NCBI GenBank assembly: GCA_030704615.1
Contig: CM060732.1
Span: 78,988,001 to 79,052,000 of the forward strand
Length of the DNA: 64,000 nt
Origin: Takakia lepidozioides
Taxonomy: Eukaryota > Plantae > Bryophyta
Direction of reading: 5' to 3'
Part shown: positions 37,150 to 48,910 of the stretch, in pieces
Layout: each line of letters opens with the position of its first letter
Numbering within the stretch: the first letter of the stretch is position 1
Position numbers and translations under genes: made by a program
The notes under the pieces: generated by a model
Database searches by the model: none
The model's input: the letters and a program-made list of their open reading frames with translations, nothing else
What the model was told of the DNA's origin: nothing

Positions 37150-39368
37150 ACACAATATAATTTCGATTGATCTCATATTACTCTGGGATCTGTCAGATGG
37201 TACATTGGACATACTGGCCAGGTCTCGAAGCGAACGAAAATCATTTGGATGGGAAACCATCCGTTGGCCCATTGGACAAATTTCCTTTCATCCCATATTA
37301 ATCTAGGACCTCTTAGATGGTACAATGAGCACACTGGCAAAGTTTGAAAGCGAACCAAAATCGTTCAGATGGGCAACAATCCATTCAGCCATCGAATGAA
37401 TTTCAATTGATCTCATATTAGTCCAGGACCTATGAGAGGGTGTACCGAACGTACTGACAAAGTTTGAAATGCAAACAAAAATGATTTGGATGGGCAACCA
37501 TCCGTTCAACCGTTGGATGAATTCCATTTGATGTACTATTACTCTGGGACCTGTTGGACGGCGTTTCGGGTGCACATGATTTTTTTTTCATTCTTTTTTT
37601 TTAGCCATATGTCTAATGACGGCATATGCAATGTGCGTACCAAATTTCATAACAAACAAAAATCATTACCAAAACCACATTTTCTTCCCTAATTTGTACT
37701 TCAAACTTGATTTGTCTTCTACTTCATACACTCTTCATAGAGAGTTCTCCAATAGTGAGCGAAGAGAACACTTTTTTAAAAATGCATTTTTGTTTGGTCC
37801 AAATTTTTGTAGGGATGTAGCGGTGGGAGGGTTGAAACCAGAGAACAAGATTGAGCAAAAAATAAAAGCGTTCCGTAGTAGAAAACCCCAATCAAAGACA
37901 GTGTAAACCTATTTATTTGCTTAAAATTCATTTAAACTCAATTTAATTGCAAATTGGTGGAAGGGCGAGGGCGTGGTTGAGGAGGCAAATGTTTGTTGTT
38001 TCTACTGGTTCTCCGCACATGTATTGCATACATATTCAAGCACATGCGGGCAAAAGATGGGCCTCAACCTCATCCGTTCAATGGGTGCATTGGCCATTCA
38101 CCTGACAGGATTTTTTTTCCGCAATGAACAAAATTGGATGGCATGTGAACGCCTCATTGGCCCATTGAACGAATTTCGATTGATCTCATATTACTCTGTT
38201 GTCAGATGGTACATTGGACATACTAGCCAAGTCTCGAAGCGAACGAAAATCGATGGGCAACCATCTGTTGGCCCATTGGACGAATTTCGTTTCATCTCAT
38301 ATTACTCCGGATCTCTTAGATGGTACATTGAACACACTGGCAAAGTCTCAAAGCGAACCAAAATCATTTGGATGGGCAACCATCTGTTCAGCCATCGAAT
38401 GAATTTTGTTTCATCTCATATTAGTGTGAGACCCGATACATGGTATGTTGAACATAGTGGCAAAGTTTGAAAGCAAACAAAAATCTTTTGGATGATCAAT
38501 CATTTTACCATTCTTTTTCGCAATGAGCAAAACTTCATGATAGGTGAACGCACCGTTGGCCTATTGAACGAATTTCGTTTCATCTTATATTACTCAGGGA
38601 CCTGTGAGACGGTATACTGAAGACGCTACGGAAGTTTTGAAGCGAACGAAAATCATTTGGATAGGCATCCATCTGTTGCCTCATCAAACAAATTTCATTT
38701 TATCTCATATTACACTGGGACCCATCTTATGCTGTGTTAAACATACTGGCAATGTTTCAAAGCAAACCAAACTCATCTGGATGGGCAACCGTCCGTTGGG
38801 CAATTGAACAAATTTCGATTGATGTCGTACTCGTCCAGGACGTGTGAACCAAATATACTGGCAAAGTTTGAAGGCAAACAAAAATCATTTGTCATTCATC
38901 CAGGACATTCGAAGAGGGACTGCGTTGTTGGGGGGACAAATGGTTTGTTTTTCTCTTGAATCTCTGCGCATGTGTGCACACATATTCAAGCACATGCGGG
39001 CTAAAGTTGAGCGTGAACCACATCCGTTCATCGATGCAATAGGCGTTCACGCATGAGAGGATTTCTTTTTCGCAGTGAGCAAAACTGGATGACATGTGAA
39101 CGCACCGTTATTGAACAAAATTCGTTCATCTCATATTACTCAGGGACGTATGAGACGGTATTCTGAAGACACTGCGGAAGTTTCAAAACGAATGAAACTC
39201 ATTTGGATGGGCATCCATCCGTTGGCCCATTGAATGAATTTTGTTTCATCTCATATTACACTGGGGACCCGTCTTATGGTATGTGGAACATACTGGCACG
39301 AAGTTTGAAAGCAAACAAAACTCATCTGGATGGGCAACCATCCGTCGGGCCATTGAATGAATTTCGAT
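37150..39368. repeat. Diverged tandem repeat of about 120 bp in interrupted blocks (about 37150-37560, 38130-38890, 39050-39368)
   Basis: ttggatgggcaaccatccgttggcccattgaacgaatttcgtttcatctcatattac recurs at about 120-bp spacing, e.g. 37245/37365/37486 and 38368/38488. Confidence 0.85.
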
Positions 39369-39369
39369 C

Positions 39370-39595
39370 TGTCGCGGCCCTTTGCCTTGAGGGCGGGGGA
39401 TCGGAACACAAAAGGGGCTGCCCCTATGGTGGGGGTAGTGGCAACGTTAGGGGCTCGTCACGGTCCATTGGGGCCGTGATACCAGGTGGGCCAAGACTCA
39501 CCGCGACTCATCACAGAAAATCGAGGGTCTTGGTGGTGGTTCATCATAAAAGGACTCGGTTGTTTGCGAAACCCCCGTCGACACCTACAGAAGAG
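39370..39595 (-). mobile_element. Internally deleted partial copy of the 720-bp LTR
   Basis: Starts tgtcgcggccctttgccttgagggc and shares gggccaagactcaccgcgactcatcac with the other two copies. Confidence 0.75.
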
Positions 39596-40536
39596 TAGTA
39601 AATTCATCTAAACGCGACACTTACTTCTTGCTTCTGGATGTTGTAAGGTTCCGAAATTTGTTTGAAATAACCCATTCAGACAAAGAATACACAAATATTC
39701 TGTATTAAATGGAGAAATCGGCACATTTAACCCCTTATGTATTTCAAAAGGCTGTTATCCAATGACGAAAGGGGATATTTTCTCATGTTGGGAAAAAAAA
39801 TTATTGCATTTTAGCCGTTGTTTTCATTTGAAACTGACCGTATCCATTAAGTGGTCATTTTTCGTACAGGACGTTGCCGCACATAAAGTATAATTTCGGC
39901 GCCGAAATTATACTTAACAGTCCAGACATTGCAAGTCCAGCAGACATAGACAGCAATCGTGAGGGGCAATCATGGCAGCAAAGCGTAGCATGGTGCCGAT
40001 TTACTCTTCGCGCTGGATGTATTTCGGCGTCGAAATATGGATGATTTCGCCTCGTCTACGCGCGGACGAAGATATTCTTAATGAATTTCGTTGCCGAAAT
40101 ATGGATGAAATATGGATGAAATATGGATGAAATATGCCCAAGTGTAGCGTTCTCCACTGTTCCAGAATTAATTCCGGTTCCGATATCCGACTGATAGGTG
40201 TGCTCATGACGGATGAGGACTGGGGAAGCGATGAATTTTGGCGCCGAAATTCATATGTTTGTGTATGAAAGCACTTGCATATGATGAATTTCGGCGCCGA
40301 AATTCATCCGTCCGCTGATGAAACGTGCCGACCTGACTGTTGAATATCGGTAGGCAGGGGAATTTCATGGCGGTTGGGTTTCATGATGTGCTCGAATGTT
40401 CCTTCACGAAGCAGAATGCCTAAAAGATAAGAGTCTGCAAAGAAGGAAAGGAGAACGTGAGAGGTGGCCTACACGTACATGGGCAATTTTGGCGCAGAAA
40501 TTGGCAGAACAGAGGAGAACCGTAGCATACCTTCTG

Positions 40537-41263
40537 TGTCGCGGCCCTTTGCCTTGAGGGCAGGGGGGGGGGGAGGTCGGGACACATGAGGGGTTGCCCC
40601 TGTGGTGGAGGCAACGGCAGCGATAGGTATGGGGGGCTGAAGCACCCTTGAGTGCCCAAGGCACCCAAGGAGGCGGAGGCGCTCACTAGGTGGAGCCCCG
40701 CACACCGGGTTGTGGTGGGGGTGGCTCCACAAGGGGTGGTGGTAGCTTAGCGGGACTTAGTGGGTGTGGCTTAGGACTCACCATGGGGGCGGAGACCTCG
40801 TGGTGGGAGTCGTGGGGAGTCTTGGGACTCATCACGGTCCATAGGGGCCGTGGTGAGTGGGCCAAGACTCACCGCGACTCATCACCGGGAGTCGAGGGTT
40901 TTCGTGGTGGTTCGCCATAAAATGGCATGGCTGGTTGTGAAACCCCCGCAGACAGCTACAGAAGTATATATAGGGAGTAGTAACCCCGAGAACGGTGCAA
41001 GCCCGTTGGTGACCAAAAACTAGTGAGTAAGCGAGCGAGCCGGAAAGCGACCAAAGAGTGGGGAGCTGTTCCGGACTGCCATCTACCAAAGGGAATTCCA
41101 CTAGTTCCAAATAGGTGGAGGGTTTAGTGGGAAGCGAAGGGGGACCGTTATGTCCCGGTGAGCAGCCGAAGCTCCAAGTTGGCCCGGCGGCCAGGTTGGG
41201 AGTCAGGCGCGCGCATCAAAGCGAGTAACTATGACGTGAAGGGGAGCTTACCGAAGGGAGGTG
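40537..41263 (-). mobile_element. Near-complete LTR copy, inverted relative to 45060-45779, with one terminus missing
   Basis: Reverse complement of 45060-45779 over about 720 bp. The last few terminal bases are absent and no TSD is seen. It truncates the methyltransferase-like frame. Confidence 0.85.
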
Positions 41264-41264
41264 A

Positions 41265-44200
41265 CCATCGTTGAGAAGACCCAGCGTGTTGATGCAAGTC
41301 CCAGATCTTTTTCAGGATGGGTGCTGCACTTCTCCCCGTCCATACTTTGATATCATTCTCAGTGACTTCTCCATCGGATACTAGCACAACAACACAGCCG
41401 TCGTCGTCCAATATGTTGGTTGCGAACCTGAATGTGTGGCTCCAGTATCTTTCATTGTACTTGTTCCACCAGGGTAGTGAGCCCAGCCCCAGTATCTCCT
41501 GCCCATCCAGGATATCCACAAGGATCACGTCGATGGAGGCTTTCACCGCTCTGCCCCCGACTGTGCTCTTTTTGCCGTGGCTCATCGCCAGAAAATACTC
41601 CATCATCTTTGTGTAGCCGAGAGTGTCCTCCATATCATTGCCAGTGGCCTTCCTCTTCCCCTTCCCCTGGTGGGCCTCGATCGCCTTCCTCAATCTCGTT
41701 TTCTCCAGCCTTCTGGTCAAAGCAGTTAGGAAATTTTCATTAACACACTCCACAATTGTGGGTGTTTTGAGGACTTCCCTCGCAATGTGCACCGCACGGT
41801 AGGGTCTGCCAGGTGCATCCTCGTATAGTGATCTCTTTGCAGCCGAACCCCCGGATCGCTGGCCCTTGTGGATTTTCGGACGAGGTGTGGCCCCCTGGGT
41901 GTTATCCTGCTGGAAATCGTCGTTGGAATCCTCGTCATCTGGCTAACTATGTTGCTGCTTCTTCTTCTTGGGTGTGGGGGTCTTCGTCTCTTGCCCCTGT
42001 TTGCGCGTTCTTTTCTTCCTGTCCTTGGGTTGCTCAGCTGCCTACTTCTCCATTTGCTCCTTCGCCAACGCTGCCGCCTTGGCTGACTTTCTCAATGCTT
42101 TCTGCTTTGCTGCCTCCTCTGCTTTCAGTCTTTCCTCGTCCTCTGGTTAGGGATCCGATTGCGCCTTCATAGCCCGGGCATTCGCTTCCTTCTTCAAGTT
42201 AACCTCCGAGAGGTCAACGGTCCCACTTGGGGGATCCACATACCAGGGACAGTCTACCAAATGCTCGGCATGCCACTCCTTCGCCATTACTTATGTGTAC
42301 ATTGTATCACGACCTCCAGGTGTCCTCCACGCTAGGAAGAATGGTGGAACCCTTTGAATGGCTCCGGACGGAATGAGTGCAAAATTTATGTACCTGCAAT
42401 CACAAGGCAGTTCAACAAAAATCATGCTACTGATGCATCATGCAAGAGGAAGTTATCAATGCATAAGGTATTTCGGCACCGAAATACGCAGTGGACCGTG
42501 CCCCAATTACCCAGCACTCACATCTTGCAGATATATTTCGGCGCCGCAATACCCACCGCTGCTTAGCTAAATCCTCAAACTGCAAATATGGGGATGCATT
42601 GGCAGCAGATTACCTGAACAGGACACGCATTGCCGCTTTGTCGGCACCCTCCTGCTCTTCGATGTATACGCTACGTCTTGCCTTTGCAATTTCTCTGAAA
42701 AAGAGGTTTGCAAAGCGCCCTCACCAGGACTGCACGTAGTTCTCCATTGTCTCCGGTTTCGTCCAATCGATCTGTAACTTGAAAGTGGTGGTGTTGCAAT
42801 CCAATTGCTCCTGGGCGTGGGTCAGTACTTGCAGCAGTGCAGGTTTCCAAAACATTCATGAATTTGAAATTGCGATGATGTCCAACACACAGAAGAGGAG
42901 GAAATTATACCTGATGCCACCAAGTCATCACATTGAGCCAGTCGTTCATTTTGTCGTCTGTTGGCTCGATGGGAAAGTGGTACAACAACTTCGTGTTTGT
43001 ATGGCCGTTCCAGATTCGCAGCCACCTTGTTTGCATGGCCTAACATCGGTCAGACATAAGAACCTTATCATGAGAATCGCGAGAAGACACAAAACAAGAA
43101 CAAACACATGCTAACCTTCTCCGCCGGCTCAACACAAGACACTGCAATGTGATGAAGTTTCTCCATGGACATTTCCGGTTTCATGGGTCTGGAGTAATGC
43201 AGTCCTATCTCCGCTAGGAATTCGACACCAAGACCAGGGTCAGCGATTGCAACTTGCTTCACAAGTTTGGACCTGTACTTGCTCCGTGATTGCCTCCCTA
43301 CCTGCACAATGTGACTTTCTATCGACGCGTCCGCCTTGTTGGGGGCATCACTCTCAAAGAACTGCCTTTTGGCATAGGCCAAGTCATCCCTGATGTTCGT
43401 CTGCATTCCCATACCCAGCGGATACAGTCAGGCCACTGATCCCTGCAACAAATAGCATTAAATCGGGAAATTTGAGATGAACCTCACTGAATAGAGGATC
43501 TCCACCATGGCGTCCAGTGTTGGTCGGTACCAGGTGCGATCCGCCTTCGCAAGGGACTTCCTGTACAGCTCGGGATTGAGGGATTTTTGGAAGTCCGTCA
43601 GCGGTGTTGTGCCCACTTCTTGCACTCTGTAGAGTGTATGTGCCAGATGAGTTTCCACGAAGGCCCTCTTTGTTACCCTGCCATGGAGAAAGAAAAAAAA
43701 TGAACAACATGAAAATATGATAAAAAAATAACCAGATTTCGGCACAACAATCCAATTTCCAGTTCATAGAGTGCATGACAGTCAAGAACATTGTCTATTT
43801 TGGCGCCGCAATAGGTAGTACACAAGGATGTAGTTGTATACTTATAGATTTATATCCGCCATGGCACCCTTCAGCAGTCCTCTGTCCCTAACGTCCACCT
43901 TCACGACAATGCAGTCCACCATGTAATGCCAATTGATATCTTGCGGATGCATTTCAGCAATGTACTCTGTCCAGGCAAGCATCCTGTGGTTCCCGTCCCA
44001 AACGAAGAACATCTTCCCTGCCATGTGTGCGAATGTGGGATTAGTCTTCAGAGAGGCTTCAAACTCAACATTTACAGTGTGCCAGTGGGGGCTCCAATTC
44101 TGAAACTCCTCTGCAGAGGGGCCCCTTGTGACACCCTGGTCATTCTCAATGGAAACGTAGAATGCTACCGACCCCCGTCTGTACCCCTCTCTGAAGTTGT

Positions 44201-44800
44201 GCTTCAGTCGATCGATGTCCCCTGGCAGTGCTTGCCTTACAACTAAAAAGCTAACCATGCGACACAAAAGAACTTTGAGGTTCTCCGGCCAGTTTCTTAC
44301 TTCTATCACCTCTCTCACTTCTCTCACCCCTCTCACCTGCCTGTCTACTGTCCTGGAGGTTTTGCTCCTCCGCAAGCTCCAGTAGGTTCTGATCTCCTGG
44401 GAAGTCGTCAAGTCGCACCACGTTGTCATCTTCTGCTTCTGTCAGCTCAATGGGCCGTCCTTCTGCAGATCCGAGTCTGACATCTCCAGCGGCCTCCACC
44501 GCATCCGTGTTTTCTGAAACTGCCTGCAAACCCAATATCTCCGCTTCCAGTCTCCCAAGTGGTTTTACTGGCGAAGCCATGGGCTCATTTTGCTTCCTCG
44601 GCTTCCAGACTCTAGGTGGGCTTTTCTGAGGCGATTTCTGAGGTGTTCTCTGAGGAGTCGCCTGCCTCGATGCACTTCCACCTTGCGAGCGCAACACCCG
44701 GGCAGGAGTATCCAAAGTTGACTGTGTTGGCTCGCCCCTTTGCGATCCCTCCCCAGCTCCCATCTCAAACAAACAGGAAAACATGACACACTGCACGCCA
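41265..44800 (-). pseudogene. Multi-exon degenerate gene: disordered N-terminus, ParB/Srx-like domain, helical middle, WHxxHLxDCPWY motif, K/E linker, N-terminal half of an amino-methyltransferase fold (copy 1)
   Basis: FFVWDGNHRMLAW near 43990. Co-oriented exons with GT/AG ends (e.g. 43677-43488, 43442 to about 43115, acceptor before 42393). IDVILVDILDG..LPWWN..ILDDDGCVVVL aligns with copy 2. A single transcript is inferred, not shown. Confidence 0.6.
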
Positions 44801-45059
44801 AAAAAAAGGTGTAAATGAATAGTGCGTATGGAGTGCTTCACATCCGCGAAGCAGGAATCTCTCACTGGTGGGCGATCCGAGTCTCCGAATAACGAGGTCT
44901 GCATTTTCTGCATGAGACGGAGCTTAAGTCGTATCGTCGGCGGCTTCCCAAAATCCCGCGTCCTTCTTCTCTGCGCCGGAGTCGCCTGACCTTCCACAAA
45001 CTCTATCTATCACTATGCTGCATAAGGAGAGGAAACGCAGCAGAATGTCACTGCAGAAG

Positions 45060-45779
45060 TGTCGCGCACCTCACTTCGGTAAGCTCCCCCTTCAAGTCAT
45101 AGTTACTCGCTTTGATGCGCGCGCCTGACTCCCAACCTGGCCGCCCGGGCCAACTTGGAGCTTCGACTGCTCACCGGGACATAACGGTCCCCCTTCGCTT
45201 CCCTCTAAACCCTCCACCTATTTGGGACTAAGGAGAATTCCCTTTGATAGATGGCAGTCCGGAACAGCTCCCCACTCTTTGGTCGCTTTCCGGCTCGTTC
45301 GCTTACTCACTAGTTTTTGGTCACCAACGGGCTTGCACCGTTCTCGGGGTTACTACTCCCTATATATACTTCTGTAGCTGTCCGCGGGGGTTTCATAACC
45401 AGCCATGCCATTTTATGGCGAACCACCACGAAAACCCTCGACTCCCGGTGATGAGTCGCGGTGAGTCTTGGCCCACTCACCACGGCCCCTATGGACCGTG
45501 ATGAGTCCCAAGACTCCCCACGACTCCCACCACGAGGTCTCCGCCCCCATGGTGAGTCCTATGCCACCCCCACTAAGTCCCGCTACCACCCCTTGTGGAG
45601 CCACCCCCACCGCAACCCGGTGTGCGGGGCTCCACCTAGTGAGCGCCTCCGCCTCCTTGGGTGCCTTGGGCACTCAAGGGTGCTTCAACCCCCCATACCT
45701 ATCGCTGCCACTGTCCCCACCACAGGGGCAGCCCCTCATGTGTCCCGACCCCCTGCCCTCAAGGCAAAGGGCCGCGACA
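45060..45779 (+). mobile_element. Solo LTR (720 bp) with a 5-bp target-site duplication
   Basis: Termini TGTCGCG...CGCGACA. AGAAG flanks both sides (45055-45059 and 45780-45784). Internal TATA-like ctatatatac near 45360. Orientation is tentative. Confidence 0.92.
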
Positions 45780-45879
45780 AGAAGGGCAAGGAACAAGAGA
45801 GCGAAGCGGTGGAACATGCAACCACTATGCACGAGCAGATGCGTAAGCAACCACGTCTCCCGAAGCGTTGTCACCGTTA

Positions 45880-46105
45880 CGTCAAGCAGGCAGACTTGTT
45901 GATTCCACAGTTGATCCACTGGAGTATAACGTCTTATTCAACCATGTGGGAGAGAAGGACATGCTTTGTGATTTATCGAGCAAGCCTTGGAGGTATGGCA
46001 GGACCAGGAGTCCTGCATTCATCCATACGCTCATGGAAACGTGTACGGATGTTGAAGGCAGGGTCCTCGACGTCACTGCTAATACATGTGCGCCTTCTGT
46101 ACAGG
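45880..46105 (+). pseudogene. Fragment of the methyltransferase-like gene (copy 3)
   Basis: KPWRYGRTRSPAFIHTLMETCTDVEGRVLDVTANT aligns with KPWRYSRTRSPAFIQTLMETCSDVQGQILDLTCGT of copy 2. Confidence 0.75.
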
Positions 46106-46179
46106 TACATACGCGATGCCTTCCTTTCAAGTCCTTGCATTTCAGGATGTTAGAGGCCTCATGTGGCGCATAAAAATTG

Positions 46180-46548
46180 GTCCTTGGAAAAATGGCGCCG
46201 AATTTCCAAGTTCTGGGACTTAGCCATTTTCGGGCCGGACCTGGGAAAATGGCGCTGAATTTCTAGTTCAGGGCTCCCAAAATGGCTAAGTCCCTAGGGT
46301 GGCTGGCACCGAAAACCGAAATTCGGCGCCATTTTTCCAATTCCAGGGCCAGTCAGTTCAGGGACTTAGCCATTTTTGGCCCGGACCTGGGAAAATGGCG
46401 CCGAATTTCCAGTTCAGGGCTCCCAAAATGGCTGTCCCTAGCGTGGCTAGCACTGAAAACCGAAATTCGGCGCCATTTTTCCAGTTCTAGGCCCAGTTAG
46501 TTCCGCCCCAACCTGGGAAAATGGTGCCGAATTTCCAGTTCAGGGACC
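46180..46548. repeat. Tandem repeat of about 146 bp (about 2.5 units) with internal inverted repeats and GGCGCC-centred motifs
   Basis: gggacttagccatttt at 46215 and 46361, with its inverse aaaatggctaagtccc inside the unit. aaaatggcgccgaattt and aaattcggcgccatttt are repeated. Confidence 0.85.
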
Positions 46549-46574
46549 TCATTCTGTGTTTTTCATGAATGCAG

Positions 46575-48910
46575 GTACTGCAAGTTCTCCCTTTTGGAGA
46601 AAGGTCATCTGTCTTTCGAGCCACCATTCTTCCTGGCATGGAGGAACCCTGGGGCTGACTCCATGTACACTGACGTATTGTGAAGGAGTGGCATCTGGAA
46701 CATTTACGTGATTGCCCTTGGTATGTGGACCTTCCGCCCGGCTCGCTCGACCCATCCGAGTTTCAATTGAAGCTGGATGCTAAGGCCCGACGAAACCGGG
46801 CTCCGCTGCCTCCGCTGGGTCCAAAAGAGGCAAAAGCGCTTGCGAACTCCAGGAAAGCGGCAGAGCTTGCTCAGGCAGGAATTCAGGAGAAATTGAATGA
46901 GAAGAATAAAGGCCAAAGGAAAAGGACAAGGAAACAGGTGAGTACAGTAACACCCAAAAAACAGAAAACCATCGGGCATCAGAGGAGGCGCAGGAGGGGA
47001 CCCAAGGGAGTGACTCGGACGACGACTTTGTTCAAGGTCCTGCGACTGCTGCTACCAAGTCACCGGTCGTCCGGGTTCCCAAGTCAGTTCGGAGTGGGAC
47101 TGGCTCTGCCAAGAAGTTGGCATTTGAGGGCAAGCCTACACGGCAGTATTCGGCGGTGACGTTTACGCACAGGCCAAAGCTAGAACCTCCAACCATCATC
47201 CAATGCGTCAATGAGAGCTTCCTTGACGCTCTCGCTGCCAGGGCGAAGAAGGTGGCACACAGCAAGTCTCTGGCGGAGCAGAAGGGGAAAGCCAAGAAGA
47301 GGGCTGCCGGTACAGAGCCTAAAGACACCCCTGGTTTTGAAGCCATGATGGAATTCTTCACGGCTGTGAGCACGGATTGCAAGAGCACTCGGGGGGGGGT
47401 TGAGGTGGAGAGAGCTTGCGATATGATTCTCCTCGACATTCCAGATGGGGAGCTGCTGGAGGGCCTGGATGGTGTGCCCAACTGGAACAAGTTTACTGAG
47501 GACTACTGGAAAGCCGAGTTTGGGCTGGTGGGGATGCTCTTGGATGACGGTGGATGTGTGGTTGTCCTTGCCACAAGAGGGAAGACCACAGAGAATGCGG
47601 TGGCAAGATGGACACCGAAAAGTGTCACCCCGGTCCTCCTCAGAAAATGGTTCTGCATCAATACACAGGGGTTGCGAACAGAGGGCCAAAGTGTAAGTTA
47701 TCAATCTATTGCATTCACCTCATATTGTGGTGTATCTAAACTAGATCCCGAAGTTGATCCCTCTTTTGTTGGATGTGCAGACATTGGTGTTTGAGGCATA
47801 TTGCTTTGTGAAGAGTTCAAATTCCGCAACGACGGTCATCTTGTTGATGCCGCTGTGGACCTTGTTACCTACGATGTCCTCTACAACTATGTGCCCCACT
47901 CCAGTATGCCGAAGGACACAAAGACAGGCAAACCGTGGCGGTACAGCCGGACCCGGAGCCCTGCTTTCATCCAAACCCTCATGGAGACGTGCTCGGATGT
48001 CCAAGGGCAGATTCTTGACCTCACATGTGGCACGGGTAAGCCTTCACGTGCTCAGTTTGTCCCCTGGCCCGATTGCAATTGCATGCCGCAAGCTATTAAC
48101 CGTCCGCTTTGTTCCTCAGGTGCTTCAATGTGGGTAGGGACGTTGTCCGACAGACATGTATTCGCCTTCGAGCCAGATACTGCCCTCCACAACTCGGAAC
48201 TTGCAGCGGCTGAACGTTTGTCCAAAGAGGAAGAGACATGCTCGGAGGATGAGGAAAAATCCGAGAAGGAGCAGGGGGATGAACAAGTTGGGATCGAGGC
48301 CGAGGAGCCCCCGGTTTACGAGTGAGTGGTCGCATTGTAAGTTGCCTCCAGATTTTGTGAGGCACCTCCCTTCGCTCTCTTATTTCATTGAAAACCCTTT
48401 CTGCTTCTGCTGGTATTGACATTCTTGAAATGGATTTGTTCTTACTGTAGGATGCCAAGTACTGCAGGAGGGACGTCTACACCGGAGTTCATGGGCAGGA
48501 GGAACGTGCCTTTTTTTTCCAGGGGGGATTTCATGCCTAGTCCAGAAAGGGACTACATCCTTCCTACTTATGCTGCCCGGCTTGCTTCGGTGTCCATTAG
48601 GAGGTGTTCCGAACCTAGTCGTGTACAGCAGATTTTAGACGAGGCAAGCCTCAAGAAAATGAAGATGAGGGAGGAGGCAGCAGCTATTAGAGCCCGTCGG
48701 GCTCATAGATTTGTCTTGGATTTTGCTGAGGAAAGTGGGGGAGAAGAGGCAGAAGATTCCCAGGAGGTGAGGTGGACAGTCCCCCAAGGAGTGGACGAAA
48801 TTTTTGAGAGGCATAGTGCAACCGATGCATCACAGAGCTCGGAGGATGGGGGGGATGAGGGGGATGAGGAAGAAGGAGGGCCAAGTTCCTCGGAAGGTGT
48901 AGGAGAGTAG
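46575..48910 (+). pseudogene. Intron-containing beta-class N6-adenine/N4-cytosine DNA methyltransferase-like gene (copy 2); exons about 46575-47692, 47781-48035, 48120-48321, 48451-48910
   Basis: Motif IV-like CDMILLDIPDG, then LLDDGGCVVVL. After splicing, RSPAFIQTLMETCSDVQGQILDLTCGTGASMWVGTLSDRHVFAFEPD matches the KP..L...I......G..vLDpFaGsGtt......R.f.g.E.d pattern. Two TGA stops and two frameshifts. Confidence 0.72.

Noticed and set aside
40404-41110. ORFs duplicated at 40.4-41.1 kb and 45.2-46.1 kb
   Set aside because: They are chance frames within the GC-rich LTR copies.
40537-45779. DIRS-like or TIR element bounded by 720-bp inverted repeats carrying the ParB gene
   Set aside because: The right repeat has its own TG...CA ends and a 5-bp TSD on both sides, so it is an independent solo LTR. 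No RT or tyrosine recombinase lies between the repeats.
41265-48910. Bacterial or phage contamination as the source of ParB/MTase
   Set aside because: The coding segments are split by GT-AG introns, interrupted by plant-type LTRs, and contiguous with plant genes.
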